Part shown: positions 33,586-43,124 of the stretch, in pieces | Layout of the letters: each line of letters starts with the position of its first letter | Numbering within the stretch: position 1 is the first letter of the stretch | From: an uncultured delta proteobacterium | GTDB lineage: Bacteria; Desulfobacterota; Syntrophia; Syntrophales; UBA2185 | DNA length: 64,000 bases | Direction: 5' to 3' | Assembly (NCBI GenBank): GCA_963729715.1 | Contig: CAVSPA010000004.1 | Span: 480,001-544,000 of the forward strand | Made by a program: the position numbers and the translations under genes | The notes under the pieces: model-generated | What the model was told of the DNA's origin: nothing | The model's input: the letters and a program-made list of their open reading frames with translations, nothing else | The model's database searches: none

Positions 33586-34332
33586 GTGTTTATGCTCAGG
33601 GCTTTTCGTTGCGATCTTCATGTACATACCTGCCTTTCGCCCTGTGCAGATTTGGATATGTATCCCAGGGCGGTGGTTGACAGGGCTATCGCCGAGAAAT
33701 TAGACATCATCGCGATTTGCGATCACAATGCCTCGGAGAATACGCAATTTGTGCTGAGGTCGGCAGAAGGGAAGCCACTCACAGTCCTCCCGGGGATGGA
33801 AATAACAAGCAGCGAAGAAGTTCATCTGTTGGCTCTTTTTGATACAATGGAAAGTCTCACGAAGATCCAGGATATTATCTATGGTCATCTTGCCGGCACG
33901 AATCGAGAGGAAATATTCGGATGCCAGGCTATCGTAAATGACCTGGACGAAGTCGAGGGCTTTAACGACAGATTTCTCCTCGGAGCAACCAAGTTATCGC
34001 TGCCAGAAATTATCGATCAAATTCATGGGTTCGGTGGACTTGTGATTGCCTCACATATTGATCGGGAAAGCTTTAGCGTCATTAGTCAGTTGGGATTTAT
34101 CGACCCGGAAATTCATCTTGACGCCCTCGAGGTAACACACCATTTGGGAATCAAAGAGGCCCGGATAAAATTCCCGGAATTGTCAGGTTACCCTTTCGTT
34201 GAGTCATCAGATGCGCACTTTATTGATGATATCGGACACGGGACGACAACGATATTTCTCGAAAGAGGCACTATTTCGGAACTGAAAATGGCCTTTAGGC
34301 GCCAAGGTGGAAGATATATTCAGGAGAAGTAG
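33586..34332 (+). CDS. PHP-domain phosphoesterase
   Basis: DLHVHTCLSPC, DHN, EEVH, SHIDR, SSDAH. Confidence 0.9.
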   Translation: MFMLRAFRCDLHVHTCLSPCADLDMYPRAVVDRAIAEKLDIIAICDHNASENTQFVLRSAEGKPLTVLPGMEITSSEEVHLLALFDTMESLTKIQDIIYGHLAGTNREEIFGCQAIVNDLDEVEGFNDRFLLGATKLSLPEIIDQIHGFGGLVIASHIDRESFSVISQLGFIDPEIHLDALEVTHHLGIKEARIKFPELSGYPFVESSDAHFIDDIGHGTTTIFLERGTISELKMAFRRQGGRYIQEK

Positions 34333-34881
34333 TTGCTTGAGATCTCCCTGCATATCCTGGACATTGTAGAAAACTCGACCAGGGCCGGCGCCAAGACCGT
34401 ATCTATTGACATTATAGAAGACACAGAAAGGGACATCCTATCATTAGAAATACGGGACGATGGCTCCGGCATGAGCGAGGATGTTTTAAGAAAAGTCATC
34501 GACCCTTTTTTCACAACGAAAACTGTACGCAGCGTCGGGTTAGGACTTCCCATGCTTGCCCAGGCAGCCGAAACAGCGGAAGGCAGATTTATAATCGAGT
34601 CGAAGGGAGGTGAAGGAACAAGGGTTGCTGCAGATTTCAAACTCAGTCACATTGACAGACAGCCCCTTGGAGACATAGCAGGCACGCTGGTCACATTGAT
34701 TGCCGGAAATGAGGACATAGACCTTATTTACCGTCATGCGCATAATGGCAAGACATATATTCTCGATACACGAGAAATTAAGAAAGAAATTGAAGATATA
34801 CCAATTAATCATGTGGCTGTGCTGAATTTCATCAGGAATCATATCACAGAAGGCCTGAAGGAAATCGGAGCAGAGGCATGA
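34333..34881 (+). CDS. Stand-alone HATPase_c (histidine-kinase-like ATPase)
   Basis: LHILDIVENS, DDGSGM, DPFFTTK, GLGLP, HIDRQPLG; no HisKA domain. Confidence 0.87.
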   Translation: MLEISLHILDIVENSTRAGAKTVSIDIIEDTERDILSLEIRDDGSGMSEDVLRKVIDPFFTTKTVRSVGLGLPMLAQAAETAEGRFIIESKGGEGTRVAADFKLSHIDRQPLGDIAGTLVTLIAGNEDIDLIYRHAHNGKTYILDTREIKKEIEDIPINHVAVLNFIRNHITEGLKEIGAEA

Positions 34882-34903
34882 AGTTTTAAGGAGGATTGAA
34901 TGC

Positions 34904-35422
34904 ATGAAAGCGGGTAATGGTGAAATCAATATTCAAAAAGAGTTTACGTCAGAACAACTTGCAAAGCTCGATGAGATTATCAAGAAATCCAAGGACAAAC
35001 CGGGCGCGCTAATTCCTGTCCTCGAAGAAGCGCAGATGGTCCTTGAATTCTTGCCGATGCCTATTTTGCAGATAATTGCAAAAGGACTGAATCTGCCGCT
35101 GAGTCGTGTATACGGGGTCGTGACCTTTTATTCATTCTTTACGATGACTCCCCGCGGTAAGCATACATTGCGCGTGTGCCTCGGTACAGCTTGCTACGTC
35201 CGCGGAGGGAAGTCCATCATGGAGACGATACAAAAAGAGCTCGGCGTAAAGGAAAAAGAGACAACCCCCGACAGGCTCTTTTCGCTGGAGTCAGTTAGAT
35301 GCCTTGGCGCCTGCGGATTGGCCCCGGTCATAGTAATCACCGAAGACGTCCACGGCAGGATGAAAACGCAAAAAGTCAGGGATATACTGAATCAGTACCG
35401 AGAAGAAACGGTATCAGCCTAA
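34904..35422 (+). CDS. NuoE/HydC/HndA-like [2Fe-2S] subunit
   Basis: VVTFYSFF, CLGTAC, CLGACGLAP. Confidence 0.92.
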   Translation: MKAGNGEINIQKEFTSEQLAKLDEIIKKSKDKPGALIPVLEEAQMVLEFLPMPILQIIAKGLNLPLSRVYGVVTFYSFFTMTPRGKHTLRVCLGTACYVRGGKSIMETIQKELGVKEKETTPDRLFSLESVRCLGACGLAPVIVITEDVHGRMKTQKVRDILNQYREETVSA

Positions 35423-35449
35423 CAAATTTTTCAGATGAGGGAAACAGCT

Positions 35450-35818
35450 ATGGCAAAACTCACGATAGCAGATTTAAAGAAGATCAAGGATAAGGTTCAT
35501 TCTGAAACGTCACTGAGGGCGGGTGAGCATAGAGCCAAGGTAACGGTGCACATGGGAACATGTGGTATTGCCGCCGGCGCACGAGCCGTAATGGACTCGT
35601 TGATGGGAGCGATCTCTGAAGCCAATGTATCCGATGTCATCGTGACGACGTCGGGATGCGCGGGACTATGTAGCCAAGAGCCTATGGTAACTGTGGAACT
35701 TACGGGTCAGAGCCCTATCGTCTACGGTAAGATCGATGCAAACAAGATGCGACAAATATTTATGAGACATGTCATGCAGGGAGAGGTGCAAACCCCCTTT
35801 GCGATAGCCAAGGTCTAA
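35450..35818 (+). CDS. HndB/HydD-like thioredoxin-fold ferredoxin subunit
   Basis: HMGTCGIAAGA, SGCAGLC..EP; start moved to ATG 35450 after GAGGG. Confidence 0.87.
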   Translation: MAKLTIADLKKIKDKVHSETSLRAGEHRAKVTVHMGTCGIAAGARAVMDSLMGAISEANVSDVIVTTSGCAGLCSQEPMVTVELTGQSPIVYGKIDANKMRQIFMRHVMQGEVQTPFAIAKV

Positions 35819-35879
35819 ACATCCAGGAATGCGATAAGCAACATAGTTATACTAAAATGTTAAGGAGGATAATATCCAC

Positions 35880-38800
35880 ATGAAAGTGTTTCGTTCACAT
35901 TTTTTGATCTGTGGAGGAACCGGTTGTCATGCTTCAGGAACCGCCAAGGTCAAGAAGGCCTTGATAGAAGAAATCGACAAGAGAGGTCTTTCAAAAGACG
36001 TCAAGGTTATTGAGACCGGTTGTAATGGATTCTGTGCCCTAGGGCCTATTATGGTGGCCTATCCGGAGGGTGTCGTGTATATGTCAATGAAACCCGATGA
36101 TATGCCTGAGCTGGTTGAAGAACACCTGGTAAAGGGAAGAATTCTTCAAAGGCTTCTCTACAAAGAGCCCACCACAAAAGAAGTCATTCCGGCCATGCAT
36201 GATATACCCTTCTTCGCCCTTCAAGAGCTGAGGGTATTGAGAAACAGAGGGCTCATTGACCCGGAAAACATCGATGAGGCAATCGCAAGGGATGCCTATT
36301 CCGGATTGGCTAAAGCCCTGACCGAGATGACGCCAGAGAAGATTATTCAAGAAGTATTGGATTCAGGTCTCCGCGGCAGAGGCGGCGCGGGCTTCCCCAC
36401 AGGCCTTAAGTGGAGATTCTGCTTTCAGTCCCCCGGCGATGTGAAATACGTTATATGCAATGCTGACGAAGGAGACCCCGGAGCATTCATGGACAGAAGC
36501 GTTCTCGAGGCTGACCCGCATGCCGTTCTTGAGGGGATGGTAATCGCTGCAAAGGCCATCGGCTCTCATTCCGGCTATATTTACTGCCGTGCTGAATACC
36601 CTCTTGCCATCCACAGGCTGAACGTCGCCATTGGCCAGGCCAAGGAGTACGGTCTTCTAGGTAAGGATATCCTGGGAACTGGTTTTGACTTCGATTTACA
36701 GATTTACCAGGGCGCCGGTGCTTTCGTGTGCGGCGAAGAGACGGGCCTGATGACGTCAATTGAAGGCAAACGCGGCATGCCACGGGTTCGCCCACCCTTC
36801 CCTGCTATTGCGGGACTCTGGCAGAAGCCTTCTATTTTGAATAACGTAGAGACTTTTGCCAATATCGGACAGATCATCTTGAAAGGTGCTTCCTGGTATA
36901 ATGCCGTAGGGACAGAAAAAAGTAAAGGAACAAAGGTATTCGCTCTTACTGGCGATGTTAATAATGTCGGTCTCGTGGAGGTTCCCATGGGAACCACCCT
37001 TGGTCAGATTGTTTATGACATCGGCGGCGGCATCCCCGGTGGCAGGAAGTTCAAAGCCGCTCAGCTGGGTGGTCCATCCGGTGGCTGTATTCCCGCCGAG
37101 CATCTTAATGCACCCGTTGACTACGAGCGAGTCACGGAACTGGGAGCCATCATGGGTTCCGGTGGTATGATCGTTCTCGATGAAGATAAATGCGCAGTGG
37201 ACATGGCCCGTTTCTTTATGGACTTCGTTCAGGATGAATCCTGTGGAAAGTGTACACCCTGCCGCGCAGGAACAAAGAGAATGCTCGAGATGTTGACAAA
37301 CATCACCCAGGGCAAGGGCAAGGAAGGAGACATAGAACTCTTGCAAGAGATGGCGGGCATAATCAAGAACGCATCTCTCTGCGGTCTCGGGCAGACAGCC
37401 CCGAATCCCGTGCTCAGTACGATACGTTATTTCAGGGACGAATATGAGCAGCATATCAGAGATAAGCGATGCAAAGCCGTTGTTTGCTCCGCCCTCTTCA
37501 AATCACCCTGCCAGCACACGTGTCCAGCCGGTATGGACGTTCCGGCTTATATCGCCCTTATCCGCTCCGGGCGTTTTGAAGATGCATATAAGGTAATGTT
37601 GCAGACGAACCCCTTACCCTCTGTATGCGGAAGGGTCTGCGATCACAAGTGCCAGTCGAAGTGCCGCAGAGGCAAGCTTGATGAAGCCCTTGCCATCAAA
37701 TTCTTAAAGAGGTTCATTACCGACAATGCGCCGAGGCCCAAAATTTCGCCGGTATCTGTAACCAGGAAAGAGAAGATCGCCGTTATCGGCGCAGGCCCTG
37801 CCGGTCTGACGGCAGCGCGGGACCTGGCGCGCAGAGGATACAAGGTAACCGTGTTCGAGGAACTCTCGGAACCGGGTGGAATGCTCCGCTGGGCTATTCC
37901 CGCTTACAGACTGCCGAGGGAGATCCTTGCCAGCGAGATCAATGATAATATCAAATCTCTCGGTGTGGAGATCAAATGCAACACCCGTGTGGGCAAGGAC
38001 ATCTCCTTTGAACAAGTGGGCAAGGATTTCGATTACATCTTCCTCGCGCCCGGTGCTCAAAAGAGCCAGCCCATGGGCGTTCCGGGAGAAAATCTCAAAG
38101 GCGTCTACGGAGGCGTCGAGTTCCTCAGAGATTTTAATGCCAATGAGGAAGCCTGGCTGAGCGGCAAGAAAACAATCGGTTCAAAGGTTGCTGTAATCGG
38201 CGGCGGCAACTCCGCTATAGATGCCGCTCGCGTCGCACTTCGTCTCGGAGCCGATGTAACCATCCTTTATCGTCGCGAGAGAAAGGATATGCCTGCTGCA
38301 GACGAAGAAATTATCGCTGCGGAAGATGAAGGCGTCAAGATAGAATATCTTGTCGCCCCTTTAAAAATCGACGAAAAGGCCGGCAAGGTAAGCGGCATCA
38401 CCTGTCAGAGGATGAAGCTAAGTGAGTTCGATCGCAGCGGGCGGAAGAAACCAGCGCCCATTGCCGGCTCCGAATTTACACTCAGCGTGGATGCCGTCAT
38501 CGCGGCCATCGGGCAGACGTCGGACATGACTTTTGTCTCCAAGGATAGCGGTGTGACCATCAATAAATGGTCCACATTCGATCTTGCAAAGGGAAGCAAA
38601 TCTCAGACGACAAATCCCAAATTCTTCACCGGCGGCGATGCCCTGACCGGACCGGACACGGTTATCGGCGCTATTCAAGCGGGACATCAGGCAGCCAGCG
38701 ATATGGACAGCCACATCAGGAAAACCAACGGCGAGCCGGCTTACGTGGAACCACCCGAGGATAAGATTGAGATTCCGTTTGTCATTGATGAGGAGACTGT

Positions 38801-38942
38801 GGAAGCTCCTCAGGCCAAGATGCCGGAGATGCACGGGCCGGAGCGCAAGCGCAATTTCAAAGAAGTTGAACTGGGCTACTTGAGAGAAGTGGCGATTCAG
38901 GAAGCGTGCCGGTGTCTGCGGTGTGATGCTGAAATCAGCTGA
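35880..38942 (+). CDS. NuoF/HydB-like FMN/NADH subunit fused to a GltD/NfnB-like FAD/NADP(H) oxidoreductase
   Basis: CGGTGC/GCNGFC, RGRGGAGFPTG, NADEGDPG, GAFVCGEET, ESCGKCTPCR; then CQHTCP, CGRVC, GAGPAG, GGGNSAID, YRR, EACRCLRC. Confidence 0.92.
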   Translation: MKVFRSHFLICGGTGCHASGTAKVKKALIEEIDKRGLSKDVKVIETGCNGFCALGPIMVAYPEGVVYMSMKPDDMPELVEEHLVKGRILQRLLYKEPTTKEVIPAMHDIPFFALQELRVLRNRGLIDPENIDEAIARDAYSGLAKALTEMTPEKIIQEVLDSGLRGRGGAGFPTGLKWRFCFQSPGDVKYVICNADEGDPGAFMDRSVLEADPHAVLEGMVIAAKAIGSHSGYIYCRAEYPLAIHRLNVAIGQAKEYGLLGKDILGTGFDFDLQIYQGAGAFVCGEETGLMTSIEGKRGMPRVRPPFPAIAGLWQKPSILNNVETFANIGQIILKGASWYNAVGTEKSKGTKVFALTGDVNNVGLVEVPMGTTLGQIVYDIGGGIPGGRKFKAAQLGGPSGGCIPAEHLNAPVDYERVTELGAIMGSGGMIVLDEDKCAVDMARFFMDFVQDESCGKCTPCRAGTKRMLEMLTNITQGKGKEGDIELLQEMAGIIKNASLCGLGQTAPNPVLSTIRYFRDEYEQHIRDKRCKAVVCSALFKSPCQHTCPAGMDVPAYIALIRSGRFEDAYKVMLQTNPLPSVCGRVCDHKCQSKCRRGKLDEALAIKFLKRFITDNAPRPKISPVSVTRKEKIAVIGAGPAGLTAARDLARRGYKVTVFEELSEPGGMLRWAIPAYRLPREILASEINDNIKSLGVEIKCNTRVGKDISFEQVGKDFDYIFLAPGAQKSQPMGVPGENLKGVYGGVEFLRDFNANEEAWLSGKKTIGSKVAVIGGGNSAIDAARVALRLGADVTILYRRERKDMPAADEEIIAAEDEGVKIEYLVAPLKIDEKAGKVSGITCQRMKLSEFDRSGRKKPAPIAGSEFTLSVDAVIAAIGQTSDMTFVSKDSGVTINKWSTFDLAKGSKSQTTNPKFFTGGDALTGPDTVIGAIQAGHQAASDMDSHIRKTNGEPAYVEPPEDKIEIPFVIDEETVEAPQAKMPEMHGPERKRNFKEVELGYLREVAIQEACRCLRCDAEIS

Positions 38943-38972
38943 TTTCTCTTAAGCAAGCGGAACTGTTTTGCC

Positions 38973-39004
38973 AAGAACCCCGTCCTTCTGGACGGGGTTC
39001 TTTT
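38973..39004 (+). terminator. Intrinsic terminator
   Basis: AAGAACCCCGTCC-TTCT-GGACGGGGTTCTTTT. Confidence 0.88.
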
Positions 39005-39099
39005 ATTGCTGCTACGGGCAGAACAGTCTTATGCGATCGCGGTGCTGAAAGAAAGTTTGTTATATTCAAAACAAAATTGAGAAAATCATCATTTATCAA

Positions 39100-39633
39100 G
39101 TGACGGAAATGGCGGAGATAAAGAGCACGCTCGACATTATCATGGAAAGGACGAAAAACCTGACCATGACAGAAGAAGAAAAGACATCATTCCGGCGTAA
39201 AGAGGCGGAAGGGAAAGTGAGGGGATGGATACAAAAATATCAAGATGGATCCATCGGGCTTGATAAGTTGAAATCAGGCCTCCAAAAGGAGCAAGCGGAA
39301 TATCCGGATGCCCTCCATATTCTCAAAACACAATTGCTGGACTGCATAACACTCACTGGGGACAATGCCAGCATATTAAGACTCCTTCACGACATCCTCG
39401 GCATAAGTACAGAAAGCATTGGGAATATAGTTCAATCCTTCGAGCGCGAGATGGACATCCTGCGGATCAAGAGGTCTGAAAGCCTTGGGGAAGAATTGAA
39501 GAAAAGAAAAATATACGGCTCTTCAGTTGTCCCCAACCCAAATCACGGCATAGACTGGCAAAAAATTCTACTTGAGGCGGGATCAAACCTGAGGAAACAA
39601 TTAAAGTCTCTCGTAAAACAAAGACCAGCTTGA
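39100..39633 (+). CDS. Conserved hypothetical helical protein
   Basis: MAEIKSTLDIIMERT start, IYGSSVVPN motif. Confidence 0.7.
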   Translation: MTEMAEIKSTLDIIMERTKNLTMTEEEKTSFRRKEAEGKVRGWIQKYQDGSIGLDKLKSGLQKEQAEYPDALHILKTQLLDCITLTGDNASILRLLHDILGISTESIGNIVQSFEREMDILRIKRSESLGEELKKRKIYGSSVVPNPNHGIDWQKILLEAGSNLRKQLKSLVKQRPA

Positions 39634-39791
39634 CAGATTGAAAACTAAACGGTCATCGTGCATGGGCTAAGAGAAATGAGGGAATATCGGCAGCAATACA
39701 GTGCATGTATACTGAGGCACTTGTGATAGCCTTCCCCATATTTGTGCTTGGGACGACGAGGAGAACAACAGTTATAATTCTTTTAATTCCG

Positions 39792-40433
39792 TCATAAATA
39801 ATCGAACCAGTAGTTCTTTATTTTCTGGAAATTGGCCTGCACTTCCTTCTTTCCCGCCACAATTTCTCCATGGCCCGAGAGAAGATAGTCTATATCCATT
39901 TCCGATATCCTTTTCACACTTTCCTTGAGCCTGTCGCCGTTTCCTCCGGGCAGATCCGTGCGGCCGATACTCTCCCTGAAAACCAAGTCACCGGCGAACA
40001 ATGCCTTCTTCTCTGGCCAATAGAGGCAGATGGACCCGGGGGAATGTCCGGGGGTTGCGATAACCTCAAACCTGTGCCCGCCTATCGTTAAATCGCCTTC
40101 TCTCAGAAAAAAATGCGGTTCCGGAATTTTGAAATATTGCCCGGCAAGTTGGCTGATAAAACGATAATCTTCTTCATTCATGGCGAACATGGTCGCTTTG
40201 CCAAATCCCTGCACCGCTTCCATGTGATCGGGATGACCGTGTGTGACAATGGCCAAATCGATCTGGTCAGGGGACGTGTTAAGGGCAGCAAGGCTCTTAC
40301 TGACATGTTCAAAAAGATGTTTATGACCAGGATCTACGATGATTTTCAGCTCGCCGTCAATCAAGTAGGTGTTGCAGTTATTCTGCGTATATACCCTCCA
40401 TATAAAGGCATGGAGGTCATCAAATATTTGCAT
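39792..40433 (-). CDS. Metallo-beta-lactamase-fold hydrolase
   Basis: THGHPDH, TPGHSPGS, GD, GRTDLPGG, GHG. Confidence 0.92.
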   Translation of the reverse strand: MQIFDDLHAFIWRVYTQNNCNTYLIDGELKIIVDPGHKHLFEHVSKSLAALNTSPDQIDLAIVTHGHPDHMEAVQGFGKATMFAMNEEDYRFISQLAGQYFKIPEPHFFLREGDLTIGGHRFEVIATPGHSPGSICLYWPEKKALFAGDLVFRESIGRTDLPGGNGDRLKESVKRISEMDIDYLLSGHGEIVAGKKEVQANFQKIKNYWFDYL

Positions 40434-40487
40434 GAGTTAAATCTTCTATAGTCTCTACTTGAGCGAGCGCTTCAAAATCCATTCCCC

Positions 40488-40970
40488 TCAGAATTCAATA
40501 CTGAGATTGACTTGAGGTTCAAAAATCTTGCCGAGAGATTCAAAAGTATCCCTGTACGGGGAGTTCACAAACATGGACGGAAGGGATTTGATCGCATAGA
40601 GTTTGTCTACGCCGCTTCCCGATGGCTGGCGTATATCCACCTGTAACTGATCGAGCAAGGTACGTGAAAAGGATACACTGACTTTGCGAAACCTAAGAAC
40701 ATTCAGAGAACCATCATTTCCCCTCTCCGCTGTATCACGCTCCATTGGAATAATCTTGTCGGTTTGGATAAACTTATTTTTTGCTTCTGGTATTCTATCA
40801 GTATCAACGGCGACCACATACGACCCGAGTTCGGTATTTGTGTTAAACGGTTCCCAATCGGCATTCATTCCCGAAGCGTTGCCCTCAACGGCGCTTACGG
40901 CTATCAAAAGGAAGAGATATATAAACCACGCGTAGTTCGAACCATGCACCCTCTTCATATCCACCACCAC
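40488..40970 (-). CDS. Hypothetical exported protein
   Basis: N-terminal hydrophobic signal, ends LSIEF; directly downstream of the amidase gene. Confidence 0.6.
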   Translation of the reverse strand: MVVDMKRVHGSNYAWFIYLFLLIAVSAVEGNASGMNADWEPFNTNTELGSYVVAVDTDRIPEAKNKFIQTDKIIPMERDTAERGNDGSLNVLRFRKVSVSFSRTLLDQLQVDIRQPSGSGVDKLYAIKSLPSMFVNSPYRDTFESLGKIFEPQVNLSIEF

Positions 40971-40982
40971 TACAGCTCCGGA

Positions 40983-42812
40983 TTACGACGGAGGAATTCT
41001 CAGTTTCTGGTCAACGTACAGCACATCGGCACGCCTTATCCTATTAAGCTTTCGCAATTCGCCGACACTCGTATTATATCGCCTCGCGATCTTGTCAAGT
41101 GTATCACCCTTCTTGACTTTGTACACGGACGCCTTAGACTTCCTACCGGCCGCTTTCTCTGCCTTTTCTGCTTTCTCTGCTTTCCCTGCAATTGCTTCCG
41201 CATGCGGCAATTTCAATTTCCTGCCGACATACAGCGGTTCCTGCAGCTTCATTTTGTTCAGTTTCAACAGGACGCCGATCGTCGTGTTGTTCCTTTTCGC
41301 TATTTTATCGAGTGTATCACCTTTCTTCACCACGTAGGCGCTGTTCACTGATGATGCGGGAGGTGAAGGTCTTTCAACTGCAGATGCTGCTTTAACTTCC
41401 TGCTGCTTGTTCTCATCAGATATTTCTTTCTCTCGCGCCGACACCTTCAACGTGCGCCCGAAGTACAAGGGATCATCGAGCTTCATGTGGTTCAGTTTCA
41501 AAAGTGTATTTATGTTAATGTTATGCTTCCCTGCAATAATGTCAAGGGTATCGCCTTTCTTGATCGTATAGTTCGTAGTTTGCGGCGCCTTGATTTTATC
41601 TGTGTCATCAGCCGTGTAGCTGGATTTTGAGTCGTCTTCTTTTTTTGTCAAGACAATCTTAGGGGGCTTAGGCGGACGCCCCGGAGTTACAGGCAAGAAT
41701 TCCGTCACAGAGGCTGCTATGGCCTTTGCAATTTCCGTTTGAAATCGACTGCTCCGCAGCAGCTTTTCTTCGTTCGGATTTGAGATATAGGCCGTTTCAA
41801 CCAGTAAAGATGGAACATCCGGCAGTTTCAGCACTATAAAGGGCGCCTCCTGGACCTTTCTAAACTTCACTTGAGTTACTCTGTCCAGATGTCTAAGAAC
41901 ACAACTACCAAAGGTTTTTGACGAGTTGATAGTATTTGTCTGAAACATATTCAAAATGATGGGATCCGACTCATCGCTATTTTCCCCGTTTGGTGAACCT
42001 CCGATTATATCAGCCATATTTTCATTCCTTGCTAGCAGCTTGGCGGCTTCACTGCTCGCCCCTCTCAGCGACAGGCAATAAACCGAGCTGCCCCTGGCGC
42101 CTCTCTGTCTGAAGGCATCCGCGTGGACACTAAGAAATAAATCGGCACCGTATTCACGTGCAATTTTCAGCCTCTTTTTGAACGGCACATAGTAATCCCC
42201 GTCCCTTGTAAGAAAGGCACGGTAACCTTCCTCCCCGTTCAAGATATCCCTTAATTTCCTGCTGATATCCAGAACGACGTTCTTCTCTTGTGTCTTCAAC
42301 ATTCCGACTGCACCTGGATCATCTCCCCCGTGACCGGGATCAATAACAATGATCTTGTTCTTTCGCAGAACATTTTCCTCTTCTCTCTTTTTGCTCTCCT
42401 GTTTCTCCACGTCGGGAAATTCAATGTCAATGACTATGCGGTCGGGTTTGTCCTGAAATTTCTTTTGTTTGAATACCTTCGTTTCTACATTTTCACCAAG
42501 CGATAATTCTACTCTGATAATGCCTTGAGGAAGAGGTGTAATCACTATTTTGTCAATGCCCGGCTTGTGTAAAATGAACTCGCGCGGAAAGTTCTCCCTG
42601 ACGTGGGTTTCTTTGAGATCGACAAATAATTTCTTGTCTGCCTCTTCGAGTGAATAAGCGACATCATCACTGACATCGATGACAACCCTCGTATGATCGG
42701 GTGCAGCCCAATGCCGAATATTAAGGATGTTGCTTTGGGCAAATGCCGGATATGCGTAGAAGATTACACCCATCAGGATAAATAAAAAGCTAATTTTATA
42801 TACTCGTATCAT
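40983..42812 (-). CDS. N-acetylmuramoyl-L-alanine amidase (AMIN + Amidase_3 + three LysM)
   Basis: TRVVID, IDPGHGG.DPGA, SVHAD, LVETAYISN; three Y.VKKGDTL..IA LysM repeats. Confidence 0.93.
   Translation of the reverse strand: MIRVYKISFLFILMGVIFYAYPAFAQSNILNIRHWAAPDHTRVVIDVSDDVAYSLEEADKKLFVDLKETHVRENFPREFILHKPGIDKIVITPLPQGIIRVELSLGENVETKVFKQKKFQDKPDRIVIDIEFPDVEKQESKKREEENVLRKNKIIVIDPGHGGDDPGAVGMLKTQEKNVVLDISRKLRDILNGEEGYRAFLTRDGDYYVPFKKRLKIAREYGADLFLSVHADAFRQRGARGSSVYCLSLRGASSEAAKLLARNENMADIIGGSPNGENSDESDPIILNMFQTNTINSSKTFGSCVLRHLDRVTQVKFRKVQEAPFIVLKLPDVPSLLVETAYISNPNEEKLLRSSRFQTEIAKAIAASVTEFLPVTPGRPPKPPKIVLTKKEDDSKSSYTADDTDKIKAPQTTNYTIKKGDTLDIIAGKHNININTLLKLNHMKLDDPLYFGRTLKVSAREKEISDENKQQEVKAASAVERPSPPASSVNSAYVVKKGDTLDKIAKRNNTTIGVLLKLNKMKLQEPLYVGRKLKLPHAEAIAGKAEKAEKAEKAAGRKSKASVYKVKKGDTLDKIARRYNTSVGELRKLNRIRRADVLYVDQKLRIPPS
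41154..41189. repeat. Imperfect 9-bp tandem repeat (x4) encoding KAE repeats in the amidase linker
   Basis: TTTCTCTGC CTTTTCTGC TTTCTCTGC TTTCCCTGC. Confidence 0.6.
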
Positions 42813-43124
42813 ATAGCCGAATTTCTCAAATTTTACGCCAATCTATCAGATTTATCATATGAATTCAATACCCTTATAGTGACTTGGTCGGATTGAAGGT
42901 CCTGTCAAGAAACAACTTGAAGGAAACGCGGGACCACGATACGTTCATGCAACATGGAGATGGCCAGAGAAACGTGATGCGCAGGAAAAAGATTATTAAT
43001 AACATCCAAGGGGAATGCACACTTCCACATAAAGAAATCTTGTAACGCCTCCAGAAACATAAAATATATTGACAATCTCTTCTCATAATGACATTTTCTC
43101 AACCGCATATAGCGGAGCCAAACC

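Noticed and set aside
42870..43010. SAM-I riboswitch upstream of metF
   Set aside because: There is only scattered resemblance (CTTAT...GGTCCTGT...CAAC). P1 closure and the GGTGC/AGAT elements are absent, and a TTGACA promoter candidate (43069) lies downstream of it.
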